A DNA stretch of 24,000 nucleotides. Origin: Candidatus Bathyarchaeota archaeon (GTDB taxonomy: Archaea > Thermoproteota > Bathyarchaeia > Bathyarchaeales > DTEX01). The stretch is taken from contig JAGTQL010000009.1 of NCBI GenBank assembly GCA_018396555.1, forward strand, positions 1,217 to 25,216, given 5' to 3'. Positions within the stretch are counted from its first letter, which is position 1, and each line of letters opens with the position of its first letter. The position numbers and the translations under genes were made by a program. The notes below the pieces were generated by a model. That model was given only the letters and a program-made list of their open reading frames with translations. It made no database searches and had not been told where the DNA came from. Of the stretch, positions 1 to 7,945 are shown one piece after another.

Positions 1-297
1 CATGTCTAAACCCTATACCCAAAAGCCTAATAAGCCAAATAATAAGCACAGCCATAAAAGCCGGAACTAAGCTACAAGAACCTAGCCGAATTTATAAGAG
101 ACGTAGTGAAAAATTTTATAAATAAGCACAGCAAAATAACCACTTTTGAGGCGGAGAATGATGAAAGAACCAACATTTTCTTATCAGGATTCTAAACAAT
201 TTCAACCAGACTGTTTTAGAATTAACATTATGTTTTTCACGACCTATGAGAAGAAAGGGAAACCTATGCTACTTTTGAGAGAGCAAACTGCTTTAAC

Positions 298-723
298 CTA
301 GTAGTGCCTTAAGTGTACTGTTGGAATGGTTTCTCTAGACTTTTTGTATAAAACGTCGTCAGCCGTTAGAAGTGCCCCGCCGGTCTTCAAACAGCACTGC
401 ACATAGACACCGTCGTAGTAGGTTGCGTTATTCTTAATGCTCCACTCTAAGGCCTTTTTATAATCCTCAACTCTGAGAACTATTGAAGGAATCTTCAATT
501 CTAGGAAGTATGAAAACTTCTCTGAAGCTTCATCCAAGCCTATAAATCCTCTTTCAACACTCTTCCATAAAGTGTTTCCAACTTCATAAATGAGCAGTTC
601 CGGTGACAGCAGTTCAAGATTCCCCGCTAAAAAGTCCTCTAAAACTAGCTCAGCCTTCTCCGACAAATCCTCAACTAACAAAAATCTAGCAGCAACAGAA
701 GCATCAAGCACAAAAACCTTCAA
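298..723 (-). CDS. vapC: PIN-domain ribonuclease toxin (VapC family)
   Basis: 141-aa ORF. The N-terminus MKVFVLDASV carries the first conserved acidic residue of PIN domains, and further acidic positions occur at YEVGN, YYDGVY and LLTADD. It overlaps the upstream small ORF by 4 bp (720-723), the usual type II TA layout. Confidence 0.85.
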   Translation of the reverse strand: MKVFVLDASVAARFLLVEDLSEKAELVLEDFLAGNLELLSPELLIYEVGNTLWKSVERGFIGLDEASEKFSYFLELKIPSIVLRVEDYKKALEWSIKNNATYYDGVYVQCCLKTGGALLTADDVLYKKSRETIPTVHLRHY

Positions 724-950
724 CGAGCTTCCCTCATCTCCCGAATAGTTTCATTTATAAACCCGGAGGGCACAACATGCTTCCTTGCCTTTAAACCCTC
801 CAAAAGCTTCTCAGCAGATTCCCTTTTCTCTTCAATCTCAACCCTGCGCCTGATGGCTTCCCTAATATATTCAGACCAGTTAATCTTAACTTTGCTCATC
901 CTCTTCTTTAAATATTCATCAACCTTAACCGTGATAGTGCCCAAAAGCAT
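720..950 (-). CDS. vapB: VapB-type antitoxin (ribbon-helix-helix/CopG-like)
   Basis: The ORF track gives 720..956 from a TTG, but the first ATG is at 950 (MLLGTITVKVDEYLKKRMSKVKINWSEYIREAIRRRVEIEE). The short N-terminal strand followed by basic helices fits an RHH fold. Its stop overlaps the vapC start. Confidence 0.7.
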   Translation of the reverse strand: MLLGTITVKVDEYLKKRMSKVKINWSEYIREAIRRRVEIEEKRESAEKLLEGLKARKHVVPSGFINETIREMREAR

Positions 951-1066
951 TACCAAAATACTTAAATCAATACAGTCATAAAAACATTACTATCACACGA
1001 ATTCTAAATCTTAACTATGAAGACCATTCTCAATCCTTCAGCGTATTCATATATTTATGGGAACGC

Positions 1067-1074
1067 TTATATTA
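1067..1074 (+). promoter_or_regulatory. TATA-like box (TTATATTA) about 25 nt upstream of the internal ATG at 1095 of the nagA ORF
   Basis: A/T-rich octamer at the archaeal TATA-to-start distance. It implies a leaderless or short-leader transcript starting near 1095 and lies inside the 5' extension of ORF 1017..2243. Confidence 0.35.
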
Positions 1075-1094
1075 TCCGCCTCAAAATCTTCTTT

Positions 1095-2243
1095 ATGTTT
1101 GCCATTAGAGCCGGGACGATTTTAACTCCCAATAGAATTCTTAAAGAGGCATATATTGCCGTGGAGGACGATAGAATTGTTAATGTTTCCGGAGAGAAGC
1201 CCAAGGATGCGAGGGAGGTTTACAGGTACGATGAGCACATAGTCTCCCCAGGGTTCGTGGACATACATACCCATGGAAGCTTCGGCGTTGACACTACATA
1301 CTCGAGCTCAAGAGAAATTTTAGATCTCTCAAAAATTCTGCCCTCAACCGGGGTAACATCATATTTCCCATCCATCATGACTGAATCCCCTGAGCAAATG
1401 AAGGATGCCATAAGAAATATCAGGGAAGCCCTCGAATCAAAAAATAATGGCTCATCAAAGATTCTAGGCACCCACCTTGAGGGGCCCTACCTAAATCCAG
1501 CCATGTGCGGTGCGCAGCCTAAGGAGCATATTCGTAAGCCGTCTCTTGAGGAATTTAATGAATTCTACAAATTAAGCGGGGGAACATTGAAGCGAATTAC
1601 AGTTGCACCGGAAATTGACGGTGGAATAGAATTCATAAAAGATGCCGTGAGAAAATTTGAAGTGAAAGTTTCGCTTGGACACACCGATGCAACCTACGAG
1701 CAGACCATAAAAGCGATTGAGGCTGGCGCAAGCATCATAACGCACCTATATAACGGCATGAGAGGCTTCCATCATCGTGAGCCGGGCATAGTGGGCGCGG
1801 CTCTAACAGAAAATGTTTATGTGGAAGTAATAGTGGACTTTATACACCTGCACCCTGCAACAGTGAACCTTGTGATGAAATGCAAGGGGTCGAATAGGAC
1901 AATCTTAGTAACAGATTCAATATCCGGCGCGGGGCTTGGGGATGGCGTATACAAGCTTGGATCACGCGCTGTAACCATAAAAGATGGAGTTGCAAGGTTA
2001 AGCGACGGCGCGCTTGCGGGAAGCATGCTTACAATGATCGGGGCCGTGCAAAATGCTGTGAAATCTGGGATGCCATTAAGGGATGCAGTGAAAATGGCGG
2101 CGCTTACACCATGTAATGCCATGGGCATTAAGGATTCTGGTAAAATAGTTAGAGGTTGCAAGGCAGACTTCATAGTGCTGGATAAGCAGATGAGGATTAC
2201 AGACGCCTTTATCGACGGAAGAAGATGCGAAGATTTCAGCTAG
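1095..2243 (+). CDS. nagA: N-acetylglucosamine-6-phosphate deacetylase (amidohydrolase superfamily)
   Basis: NagA-type motifs GFVDIHTHG, THLEGPYLNP, ITHLYNGM and IVDFIHL. The ORF track starts at 1017, but the first 26 residues are not NagA-like and contain the TATA-like box, so M27 (1095, MFAIRAGTILTP) is the likelier start. Confidence 0.85.
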   Translation: MFAIRAGTILTPNRILKEAYIAVEDDRIVNVSGEKPKDAREVYRYDEHIVSPGFVDIHTHGSFGVDTTYSSSREILDLSKILPSTGVTSYFPSIMTESPEQMKDAIRNIREALESKNNGSSKILGTHLEGPYLNPAMCGAQPKEHIRKPSLEEFNEFYKLSGGTLKRITVAPEIDGGIEFIKDAVRKFEVKVSLGHTDATYEQTIKAIEAGASIITHLYNGMRGFHHREPGIVGAALTENVYVEVIVDFIHLHPATVNLVMKCKGSNRTILVTDSISGAGLGDGVYKLGSRAVTIKDGVARLSDGALAGSMLTMIGAVQNAVKSGMPLRDAVKMAALTPCNAMGIKDSGKIVRGCKADFIVLDKQMRITDAFIDGRRCEDFS

Positions 2244-2355
2244 CCTCAGCCTCCGCTGCGTTCAGGTCAATTAAGAAAGAGGGCATCTTCAAGCTTATTA
2301 CAGCCAAGCCAAATCAAGGGATAAAATCATTTAAGCCGTTGCATAATAAGCTTAT

Positions 2356-3336
2356 ATGTTAGTTCTGGGCATTGACGGCGGCGCGACAAAAACAGTATGC
2401 GCTATTGCAGATGAAAACTTTCAGGTTCTCGGAGTTGGGTTTTCAGGTCCATGCAACTATAACGTCGTTGGCGTCGAGGAGGCTCGAGAAAATGTTAAGT
2501 CGGCGGTTGAACACGCATTTTCGGACCTAGATCTAAAAGATAGGATTGCTGAAATTGGATGCTTCGGGATCGGCGGCTTAACAACTGAACATGACTATGA
2601 AGTAATTTCAAATCAGATCGTTCCATCTCACATTGCTAAAAGAAGAATTATTGTAAACGACGTGGTCGTAGCCTTCTATGCGGTAACCGGCGGCAGCCCT
2701 GGAATAGTTGTTGTCGCGGGCACAGGCTCCATAGCCTATGGTTTAAACAGCAGAGGTGAAAGCGCCTTCTCAAGCGGATGGGGCTGGCTTATGGGCGATG
2801 AAGGAAGCGCGTTTGACATAGCTAGGCAAGCCCTCATCGCCGCGGCTAAAGCCTACGATGGCAGAGGAGAACGAACAGTGCTGTTGGAGATGTTTAAGGA
2901 AACGTTTAAGGTTGAGGATTTTAAGGAAGTGGTGCCTAAAATATATCATGAAGTTAGCTTAACCGGGATTGCATCGCTCTCTAAAGTGGTTTTCTCAGCG
3001 GCGGAAGAAGGAGATAAAGTGGCAATAAAAATATTAAAGAATGCTGGCAGGGAACTAGGGCGGTCAGTTATTGCCATAGCGAGAAAACTATTCATGGAGA
3101 GCAAACCCATTATTGTTGGGGCTTCAGGAGGGGTCTTCATAGCCTCCGACATAGTGTGGTTTTCCTTTCAAAAATACGTAAGATCCTACCTGCCGAAAGC
3201 ATCATTTACATCTCCAGTAAAGCATCCAGTGATAGGTGCATTAATAATGGGGTACAAAAATCTAGGGATAAATGTGGACGATAAAGCTAAGGCGACTTTA
3301 CTGCAAAATCTGGAAAGAAGAATTGCTAGATTATAA
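2356..3336 (+). CDS. BadF/BadG/BcrA/BcrD-type ATPase, N-acetylglucosamine kinase-like sugar kinase
   Basis: N-terminal phosphate-1 motif LGIDGGATKT, followed by VVAGTGS and GWGWLMGDEGSA, typical of the ASKHA-fold GlcNAc kinase/BadF family. It lies directly downstream of nagA on the same strand. Confidence 0.75.
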   Translation: MLVLGIDGGATKTVCAIADENFQVLGVGFSGPCNYNVVGVEEARENVKSAVEHAFSDLDLKDRIAEIGCFGIGGLTTEHDYEVISNQIVPSHIAKRRIIVNDVVVAFYAVTGGSPGIVVVAGTGSIAYGLNSRGESAFSSGWGWLMGDEGSAFDIARQALIAAAKAYDGRGERTVLLEMFKETFKVEDFKEVVPKIYHEVSLTGIASLSKVVFSAAEEGDKVAIKILKNAGRELGRSVIAIARKLFMESKPIIVGASGGVFIASDIVWFSFQKYVRSYLPKASFTSPVKHPVIGALIMGYKNLGINVDDKAKATLLQNLERRIARL

Positions 3337-3349
3337 GCCGCCTCAAGTA

Positions 3350-3354
3350 TTTTT
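3350..3354 (+). terminator. T5 run after the kinase gene stop (candidate archaeal oligo-T terminator)
   Basis: TATTTTTCC lies 14 nt after the stop at 3336. Archaeal termination commonly uses oligo-T tracts. Confidence 0.3.
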
Positions 3355-3492
3355 CCACATGCTATTATTTATGCTGCTGTGAAGATCATAGCGCATCGCA
3401 TACCTGACGTGTTTTAAAGAAGGAAAGTCAAATTAGCCCGTTTACCCGCTCATGCGAAACGTATATATGTCCACACCGCCCAAAAAATGTTG

Positions 3493-3498
3493 GGGGAT
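3493..3498 (+). promoter_or_regulatory. Shine-Dalgarno-like GGGGAT 4 nt upstream of ATG 3503
   Basis: The same GGGGAT motif lies 4 nt upstream of the dehydratase ATG (5430, minus strand) and 6 nt upstream of the QueT-like ATG (20358, minus strand). A TATATAT stretch sits at about 3463-3469. Confidence 0.4.
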
Positions 3499-3677
3499 TT
3501 TAATGGAAGAATTTAAAAGCATTTTAACTGCTAAAATGTGGGCATCTTTGATACTAATATCGGCTGCGCTTAGTCTTATAGGCGTCCTTTCGGACCATCG
3601 GGGGATGGGCTATTTCATCCTCCTATAGGGTTGCGTATGATGCCGGAGCGAGCCCAAGGGATATTACAAAAATAATC

Positions 3678-4145
3678 GTGGTGTCGGGGATAATATCTAT
3701 TCTTATAGGTCTTACGGTTGGTTTATGGTTAACTTATGCCGTTGGGTCGAATAACGTTCTAATGGGCCTATTTGACTCTTGGTGGCACTGGGTCTTCGGG
3801 CAGCCTTGGGGCGATGTAGCGGATTTAGGGATTCCTGAACCCCTATGGCAGCACATAATTGCCGGCATAATCTTAATGCTCATCGTCAGCGTGCTTAACT
3901 TTAAGTTCGCATGGTGGCCGCTTGAACCCGCAGGTGTAGCCGCAGCCTTCGGCTCATCAGGCACAGGATACTTACTTCCAGCCGGAATCGCTTGGCTTAT
4001 TAAGAAGCTAGTGCTTCGTATCGGTGGAACAAAACTAAATGGTAATGTTGCTATGCCTATTGCAATCGGCTTTCTAGTAGGCTACTGGTTCCTCCTATTC
4101 ATCGGCGGATTGCTTGGAATGATACAGTTCTTCCTACCAAAGTAA
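3678..4145 (+). CDS. Multi-pass membrane protein, possibly the downstream part of an interrupted gene starting at 3503
   Basis: 155-aa hydrophobic ORF that starts at GTG. Its frame stays open back to 3582 without an in-frame ATG. A 41-aa TM-containing ORF (3503..3628) with a good SD overlaps it in another frame. Confidence 0.5.
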   Translation: MVSGIISILIGLTVGLWLTYAVGSNNVLMGLFDSWWHWVFGQPWGDVADLGIPEPLWQHIIAGIILMLIVSVLNFKFAWWPLEPAGVAAAFGSSGTGYLLPAGIAWLIKKLVLRIGGTKLNGNVAMPIAIGFLVGYWFLLFIGGLLGMIQFFLPK

Positions 4146-4170
4146 AATATGAAAAGAAAATTCCTTCCTC

Positions 4171-4177
4171 TTTTTTT
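4171..4177 (+). terminator. T7 run downstream of the membrane protein gene
   Basis: CCTCTTTTTTTATA lies 26 nt after the stop at 4145, in a convergent intergenic region. Confidence 0.35.
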
Positions 4178-4227
4178 ATAATTATCGCTCGTCTGATCAG
4201 CGGATCCCTCTAAAAGCGAGAAATACC

Positions 4228-5430
4228 CTATTTTCTCCAGCCGTATTCTAGAAAGTCATCCCCCTCAGGGAGATGTTTCTCTAGGGCTTTCTCGTTCAGT
4301 TTAACACCTAGTCCAGGTTTATCCTGCACCTCAATGTAGCCGTCCCTAACAAGCGGATTTGGCAGTCCGTTAACAAGATCCCGCCAGATTGGCTCTATGA
4401 TCGGCATCTCGAAAGCTATAAAATTCTTAGGCAGCGTCGCGCATACCTGTATTAATGCAGCGGCCCCAATTATCCCATCAAGAACCCCGTGAGGAGCTAT
4501 GAGTATTCCATGTAAATCGGCAAATTCAGCGATCCATTTAAGCTCAGCTAATCCCCCGACGTCGCATGGGTCTGGACCTATAATGTCAACAGCATTGTTT
4601 TCGACCAGATCCTTGAAGCCCTGTCTCAAATATATTTGTTCACCAGTATGTATAGGAGTTGTTGTGTTTGATGAGATTAAACGGAAAGCTTCAACAGCAG
4701 TGTATGGTGTGTAATCTCCAGTTATTAAATCCTCCAGCCACATAACATTTAGGGGTTCTAGAGCTTTGGCTAAGCTGAGAGCTGACTGCACGCTGAAACC
4801 TGGACCGCAATCTAAAGCTAATCCATACTCATCCCCAAGAACCTCTTTAAGCGCTTTAACACATTTGATAATGTGCTTTAAACCTTTCTCTGTTAGGTGC
4901 CCCCTATTTAGGTATGGTGTAGGCCCCTCTTCAGTCTCGCCATAAAAGAAGTTGGGGATAACTACCGGCATTTTTGTGTGAAAGCCAACACCAAACTTGA
5001 ATATTTTGAAGCCTTCGGGCAGATCCCTCTTTTTTCTAGCGCTTTCAGCGTAGTCTTCCGCTGTGAAGCCGGCTGGCGCCGGTCCTATTCCAGTATTATA
5101 TACACGTACTTTATCCCGAATTTTCCCACCGAGAAGCTTGTATATTGGCAGTCCGTAAGCCTTTCCAGCTATATCCCATAGGGCAATTTCTATCGCGCTA
5201 ACGGCGCTGCCCCAAGGTTTGAAGCCGCCTAAGTTACGTATTCTAAGCATAACTCTCTCAACATCGGTTGGATCCTGACCTAAAATGAAACGCTTATAGA
5301 AGAGAACATGAGGCTTTATGTAGTATTTAGGCAACTCGATCTGTGCAAGTCCGCTTATTCCCTCGTCGATATCGATGCGGATTATGGGATAACCTTCAAT
5401 CACTGTGCATTTTAGATCAGTAATCTTCAT
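4228..5430 (-). CDS. Enolase-superfamily (mandelate racemase/muconate lactonizing enzyme family) sugar-acid dehydratase
   Basis: 400 aa. N-terminal capping domain MKITDLKCTVIE...GISGLAQIE, the family motif ALWDIAGKAYGLPIYKLLGG, and barrel acidic ligands in LALDCGPG, MWLEDL and HTGEQ. A GGGGAT SD sits 4 nt upstream of the ATG. Confidence 0.85.
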   Translation of the reverse strand: MKITDLKCTVIEGYPIIRIDIDEGISGLAQIELPKYYIKPHVLFYKRFILGQDPTDVERVMLRIRNLGGFKPWGSAVSAIEIALWDIAGKAYGLPIYKLLGGKIRDKVRVYNTGIGPAPAGFTAEDYAESARKKRDLPEGFKIFKFGVGFHTKMPVVIPNFFYGETEEGPTPYLNRGHLTEKGLKHIIKCVKALKEVLGDEYGLALDCGPGFSVQSALSLAKALEPLNVMWLEDLITGDYTPYTAVEAFRLISSNTTTPIHTGEQIYLRQGFKDLVENNAVDIIGPDPCDVGGLAELKWIAEFADLHGILIAPHGVLDGIIGAAALIQVCATLPKNFIAFEMPIIEPIWRDLVNGLPNPLVRDGYIEVQDKPGLGVKLNEKALEKHLPEGDDFLEYGWRK

Positions 5431-5684
5431 CTTAATCCCCAGATATATCGGCTAAGCGTAGAAATATAAGATTTACCGTAATTCGGGGCGAGTCCGATGA
5501 TTATTTATGAAAAATTGTTTTCTAGGCTTAGATGGTGAGAGGGAGAAAAATTTTTCTCTTTAACGATCGAAAAGGCGTATGAAGATGTCGATCCCAGAAA
5601 AACGGTTCGGAAACATTCGGAAACAGCTAAATTTAAGCAATTATTGGACGCGACCCCGTAACACAAGGTCTCCCTCGGCGTCTC

Positions 5685-6881
5685 TCAATCTTTCCTCAAT
5701 AGTAGCGGCGCTAAGGCCGTTATCGCATTATTCATCATGATAATATTTGTTACAATCAGCGGATATAAACCAGCTATAGGAATCTGCCGCATCATCAACT
5801 CGTTATGGACAATTAGGCTTAAAGTCGCGTTAGCTAAACCGGTTCCGCACATTAAAGTCATAAATCTCCTATACTTGTAAAGGGGAGTGTTTCTTGTCGC
5901 TATTTCAATTGCCAAATAGCGGAGCATAAGATTAACGGCCATAACTATCCCTGCATAAGTAAGTCCGAGAGTGTTAAGTGTATAAATCAACCCCAGAATC
6001 ATGAAGAAAAGGGCTTTGACTAAAAAAGATATTTCATCATGGAAATCTCTAATCTTCTCTATGATCGTCGGCATGGATGCAGCATCTATATTCAAACCTA
6101 AGGTTCTCATCCTCTCGTAATTTCCAAGCGCCATCCCAAAAACTAATGCTGAAAGAGGTCCGCTTCCACCCAAAAACTCCGTCCCGGCGTAACATAGAAC
6201 TAATGCTGCAATAGTGAGCATATATGTATACTCTTGTTTCCTAACAATTTCTAATACTTTTATCCAAGTTATCCCACCGATTGCCCCCAACATCACGCCG
6301 ATTGCAAACTTCGCAATGAGTGAGGAGGTAGCCTCTTGAAGACTAACGGTCCCTCCAAGATATACTTGTAAAAATATCATGGTTAGAACTATGTTAAATA
6401 CATCAGTAACGGTTGACTCTAGAGATAAAGTTGCTTTTACTTCCTCGGGAACCTTCAGCTTAGACATTAAAGGTATAATTACAACCGAGCTTGTTCCAGC
6501 AGTCATCGGACCAAGTATTAACGCTTCAACCCAATCGAATTCTAAAACGAAATGGCCGAAGACCGAGACAAAGACCGTTGCAAAAATAGCATAGAGAAAT
6601 GCCAAAGCCGTTGCCCTAATGCTCTGTGACAAGACTATGTGAACTTCCATGCTTAAACCTCCCTGAAAAAGAATCAGCATCAAAGATAAGGCTGCAAAGA
6701 CAGGTATTACTGGCAGAAGATCCTCCGTCGAGAAAAGTCCGAGAATAGGCCCGAAAATGACGCCCATTAATATTAAGAATAAAATGTCTGGGAACCCCAC
6801 CTTTTTAAAGATGACATTAGCTAAAAATCCCACGGATATTATCAGGCCTGCAACGGTAAAAACCAGAGCGACGGAAGCCAT
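5685..6881 (-). CDS. Cation:proton antiporter (Na+/H+ exchanger family, CPA type)
   Basis: 398 aa with about 11-12 hydrophobic segments. The N-terminus FLANVIFKKVGFPDILFLILMGVIFGP is typical of Na+/H+ exchanger family proteins. Confidence 0.8.
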   Translation of the reverse strand: MASVALVFTVAGLIISVGFLANVIFKKVGFPDILFLILMGVIFGPILGLFSTEDLLPVIPVFAALSLMLILFQGGLSMEVHIVLSQSIRATALAFLYAIFATVFVSVFGHFVLEFDWVEALILGPMTAGTSSVVIIPLMSKLKVPEEVKATLSLESTVTDVFNIVLTMIFLQVYLGGTVSLQEATSSLIAKFAIGVMLGAIGGITWIKVLEIVRKQEYTYMLTIAALVLCYAGTEFLGGSGPLSALVFGMALGNYERMRTLGLNIDAASMPTIIEKIRDFHDEISFLVKALFFMILGLIYTLNTLGLTYAGIVMAVNLMLRYLAIEIATRNTPLYKYRRFMTLMCGTGLANATLSLIVHNELMMRQIPIAGLYPLIVTNIIMMNNAITALAPLLLRKD

Positions 6882-6997
6882 GAAATTCGCACCCTAATCT
6901 TTCCAAATAGCACATAAAAATTATTATTGTTCGCATATAATAGCCTTTGCGCAATTTTATGCGCTGATAAAATATCGTAAATTGTTTAGAATTAACC

Positions 6998-7354
6998 TCA
7001 CCTCACTTTAAATACTAAAGATAATAGTAGAGATATAGCGAGGAAATATGGAATCATAAAGACATGTAGGATTATTGAGCCAACTATTGGTAAACCTAAC
7101 ATCCGGTATAAAACTCGAGTGCCAGAACCCTCGGCCATTTTTATCAAAAATAACATCAGCAGATCGATCATAAAGCCGAGCGTTAGCGCCTCTCGGCTTA
7201 TCCACGATTCAGCACGACCAAAATCTATCTCTTTTGGAACTATTGAACCTATGATCAGTATCCTGCGGCTTAAGGATAAAATTGAAAGCAAATAGACTAG
7301 AAGGGGTAAAAAAGATGTTCCGAAAAGCAAGCCGGTTATCATCCGAATCATCAT
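6998..7354 (-). CDS. Hypothetical small membrane protein
   Basis: 118-aa ORF with about 4 hydrophobic helices, on the same strand as and upstream of the antiporter. I recognise no family motif. Confidence 0.45.
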   Translation of the reverse strand: MMIRMITGLLFGTSFLPLLVYLLSILSLSRRILIIGSIVPKEIDFGRAESWISREALTLGFMIDLLMLFLIKMAEGSGTRVLYRMLGLPIVGSIILHVFMIPYFLAISLLLSLVFKVR

Positions 7355-7484
7355 CCTGCATATGGTGTATTATGTCGCTCCATATGCAGACAGACATGCT
7401 CGAAGCAAGCTTCAACGAGCTTGTAGGTTCACAGCTGCAGGGCGTAGGCCGCCAGCTCCTTTAAGATCTCGCATGCTTTAGCCA

Positions 7485-7745
7485 CTAATTACTGACTCTT
7501 TTTTCCCGCTCTAGCTTCTTCACACCAGACTTCATCATGTATAATCCGATTAGAATGAATAGGATTGCAGCCACAATAAACGGAACTTGAAATTCAAACG
7601 GAGGCCCAAAAGCATATGGATAAATTTTCAATATTATAATTGCATTAAACCAAATATGGTGAATAGAGTAACCGCAGATAAGCCAAGAATAATTAATCCA
7701 GCCCAGAACACGAGAGTCTTCTCGCCCTTGAACATGCGGAAACAC
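7485..7745 (-). CDS. Hypothetical small membrane protein, probably frame-disrupted near its 5' end
   Basis: The C-terminal 50 aa of the ORF (PFEFQVPFIVAAILFILIGLYMMKSGVKKLEREKR) look like a genuine TM segment plus basic tail. The N-terminal 38 aa from GTG 7745 look like off-frame translation. An ATG at 7735 opens a convincing TM ORF (MFKGEKTLVFWAGLIILGLSAVTLFTIFGLMQL*) in the adjacent frame. Confidence 0.4.
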   Translation of the reverse strand: MFPHVQGREDSRVLGWINYSWLICGYSIHHIWFNAIIILKIYPYAFGPPFEFQVPFIVAAILFILIGLYMMKSGVKKLEREKRVSN

Positions 7746-7895
7746 ACCGGTTTATAATAGCGAATCTGCTTATTTGAATATTTCTCCTCCGTTAATTTTA
7801 ACCTTAACTCTCATAAACAGAGAAAAATCCACAGGAGAAAAGAGGGAGATTTTACGGGAGACATCTCCACTCGCTGTTGGAATTGAATTTTTAAG

Positions 7896-7922
7896 CGATA
7901 TTACCGAAAATCAGAAATATCG
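7896..7922. promoter_or_regulatory. Inverted repeat CGATATT-N13-AATATCG next to the putative GT2 promoter
   Basis: Perfect 7-bp arms at 7896-7902 and 7916-7922, 24-50 bp upstream of ATG 7946 and adjacent to a TTTAAAC TATA-like element (about 7927-7933). Confidence 0.25.
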
Positions 7923-7945
7923 GTCATTTAAACATGTGATGTGAT

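Noticed and set aside
41-132. A 12-bp direct repeat AATAAGCACAGC at 41-52 and 121-132, exactly 80 bp apart, in the leftmost non-coding region.
   Set aside because: There are only two copies, with no spacer or repeat regularity, no flanking IRs and no associated ORF. It is not a CRISPR array, and it could be chance or a relic. The left context is cut off by the window edge.
158-301. A 47-aa ORF (MMKEPTFSYQDSKQFQPDCFRINIMFFTTYEKKGKPMLLLREQTALT) preceded by GAGGCGGAGA, converging on the vapC stop.
   Set aside because: It is too short, has no recognisable motif and its composition is not compelling. It cannot be supported without conservation or expression data.
1220-2173. Antisense ORFs inside nagA (1220..1471, 1817..2173), and similar shadow ORFs inside the kinase, dehydratase, antiporter, GT2, RtcB, ABCE1, repeat-protein and RPE genes.
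   Set aside because: These are shadow ORFs opposite strongly motif-supported genes. I saw no independent evidence for them.
3370-3410. C/D-box sRNA-like elements (GTGAAGA ... CTGA) in the intergenic region after the kinase gene. Similar weak matches occur at about 19575-19590 and 19788-19800.
   Set aside because: The boxes deviate from RUGAUGA/CUGA, no C'/D' pair is present, and the spacing is too short for a full sRNA of about 50-60 nt.
5543-5625. A perfect 16-bp palindrome GAGAAAAATTTTTCTC (5543-5558) and a tandem 10-mer TTCGGAAACA x2 (5606-5625) between the antiporter stop and the dehydratase start.
   Set aside because: The palindrome is an A5T5 core that gives an oligo-T tract on both strands. 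It is most simply read as the antiporter terminator region. The tandem 10-mer has only two copies and no second occurrence in the window. A regulatory role cannot be supported here.
7008-7464. ORFs 7008..7205(-), 7209..7415(-) and 7282..7464(+), which overlap the 118-aa membrane ORF and its upstream region.
   Set aside because: They are mutually overlapping alternative frames with implausible composition. The hydrophobic 6998..7354 frame is the only protein-like one.
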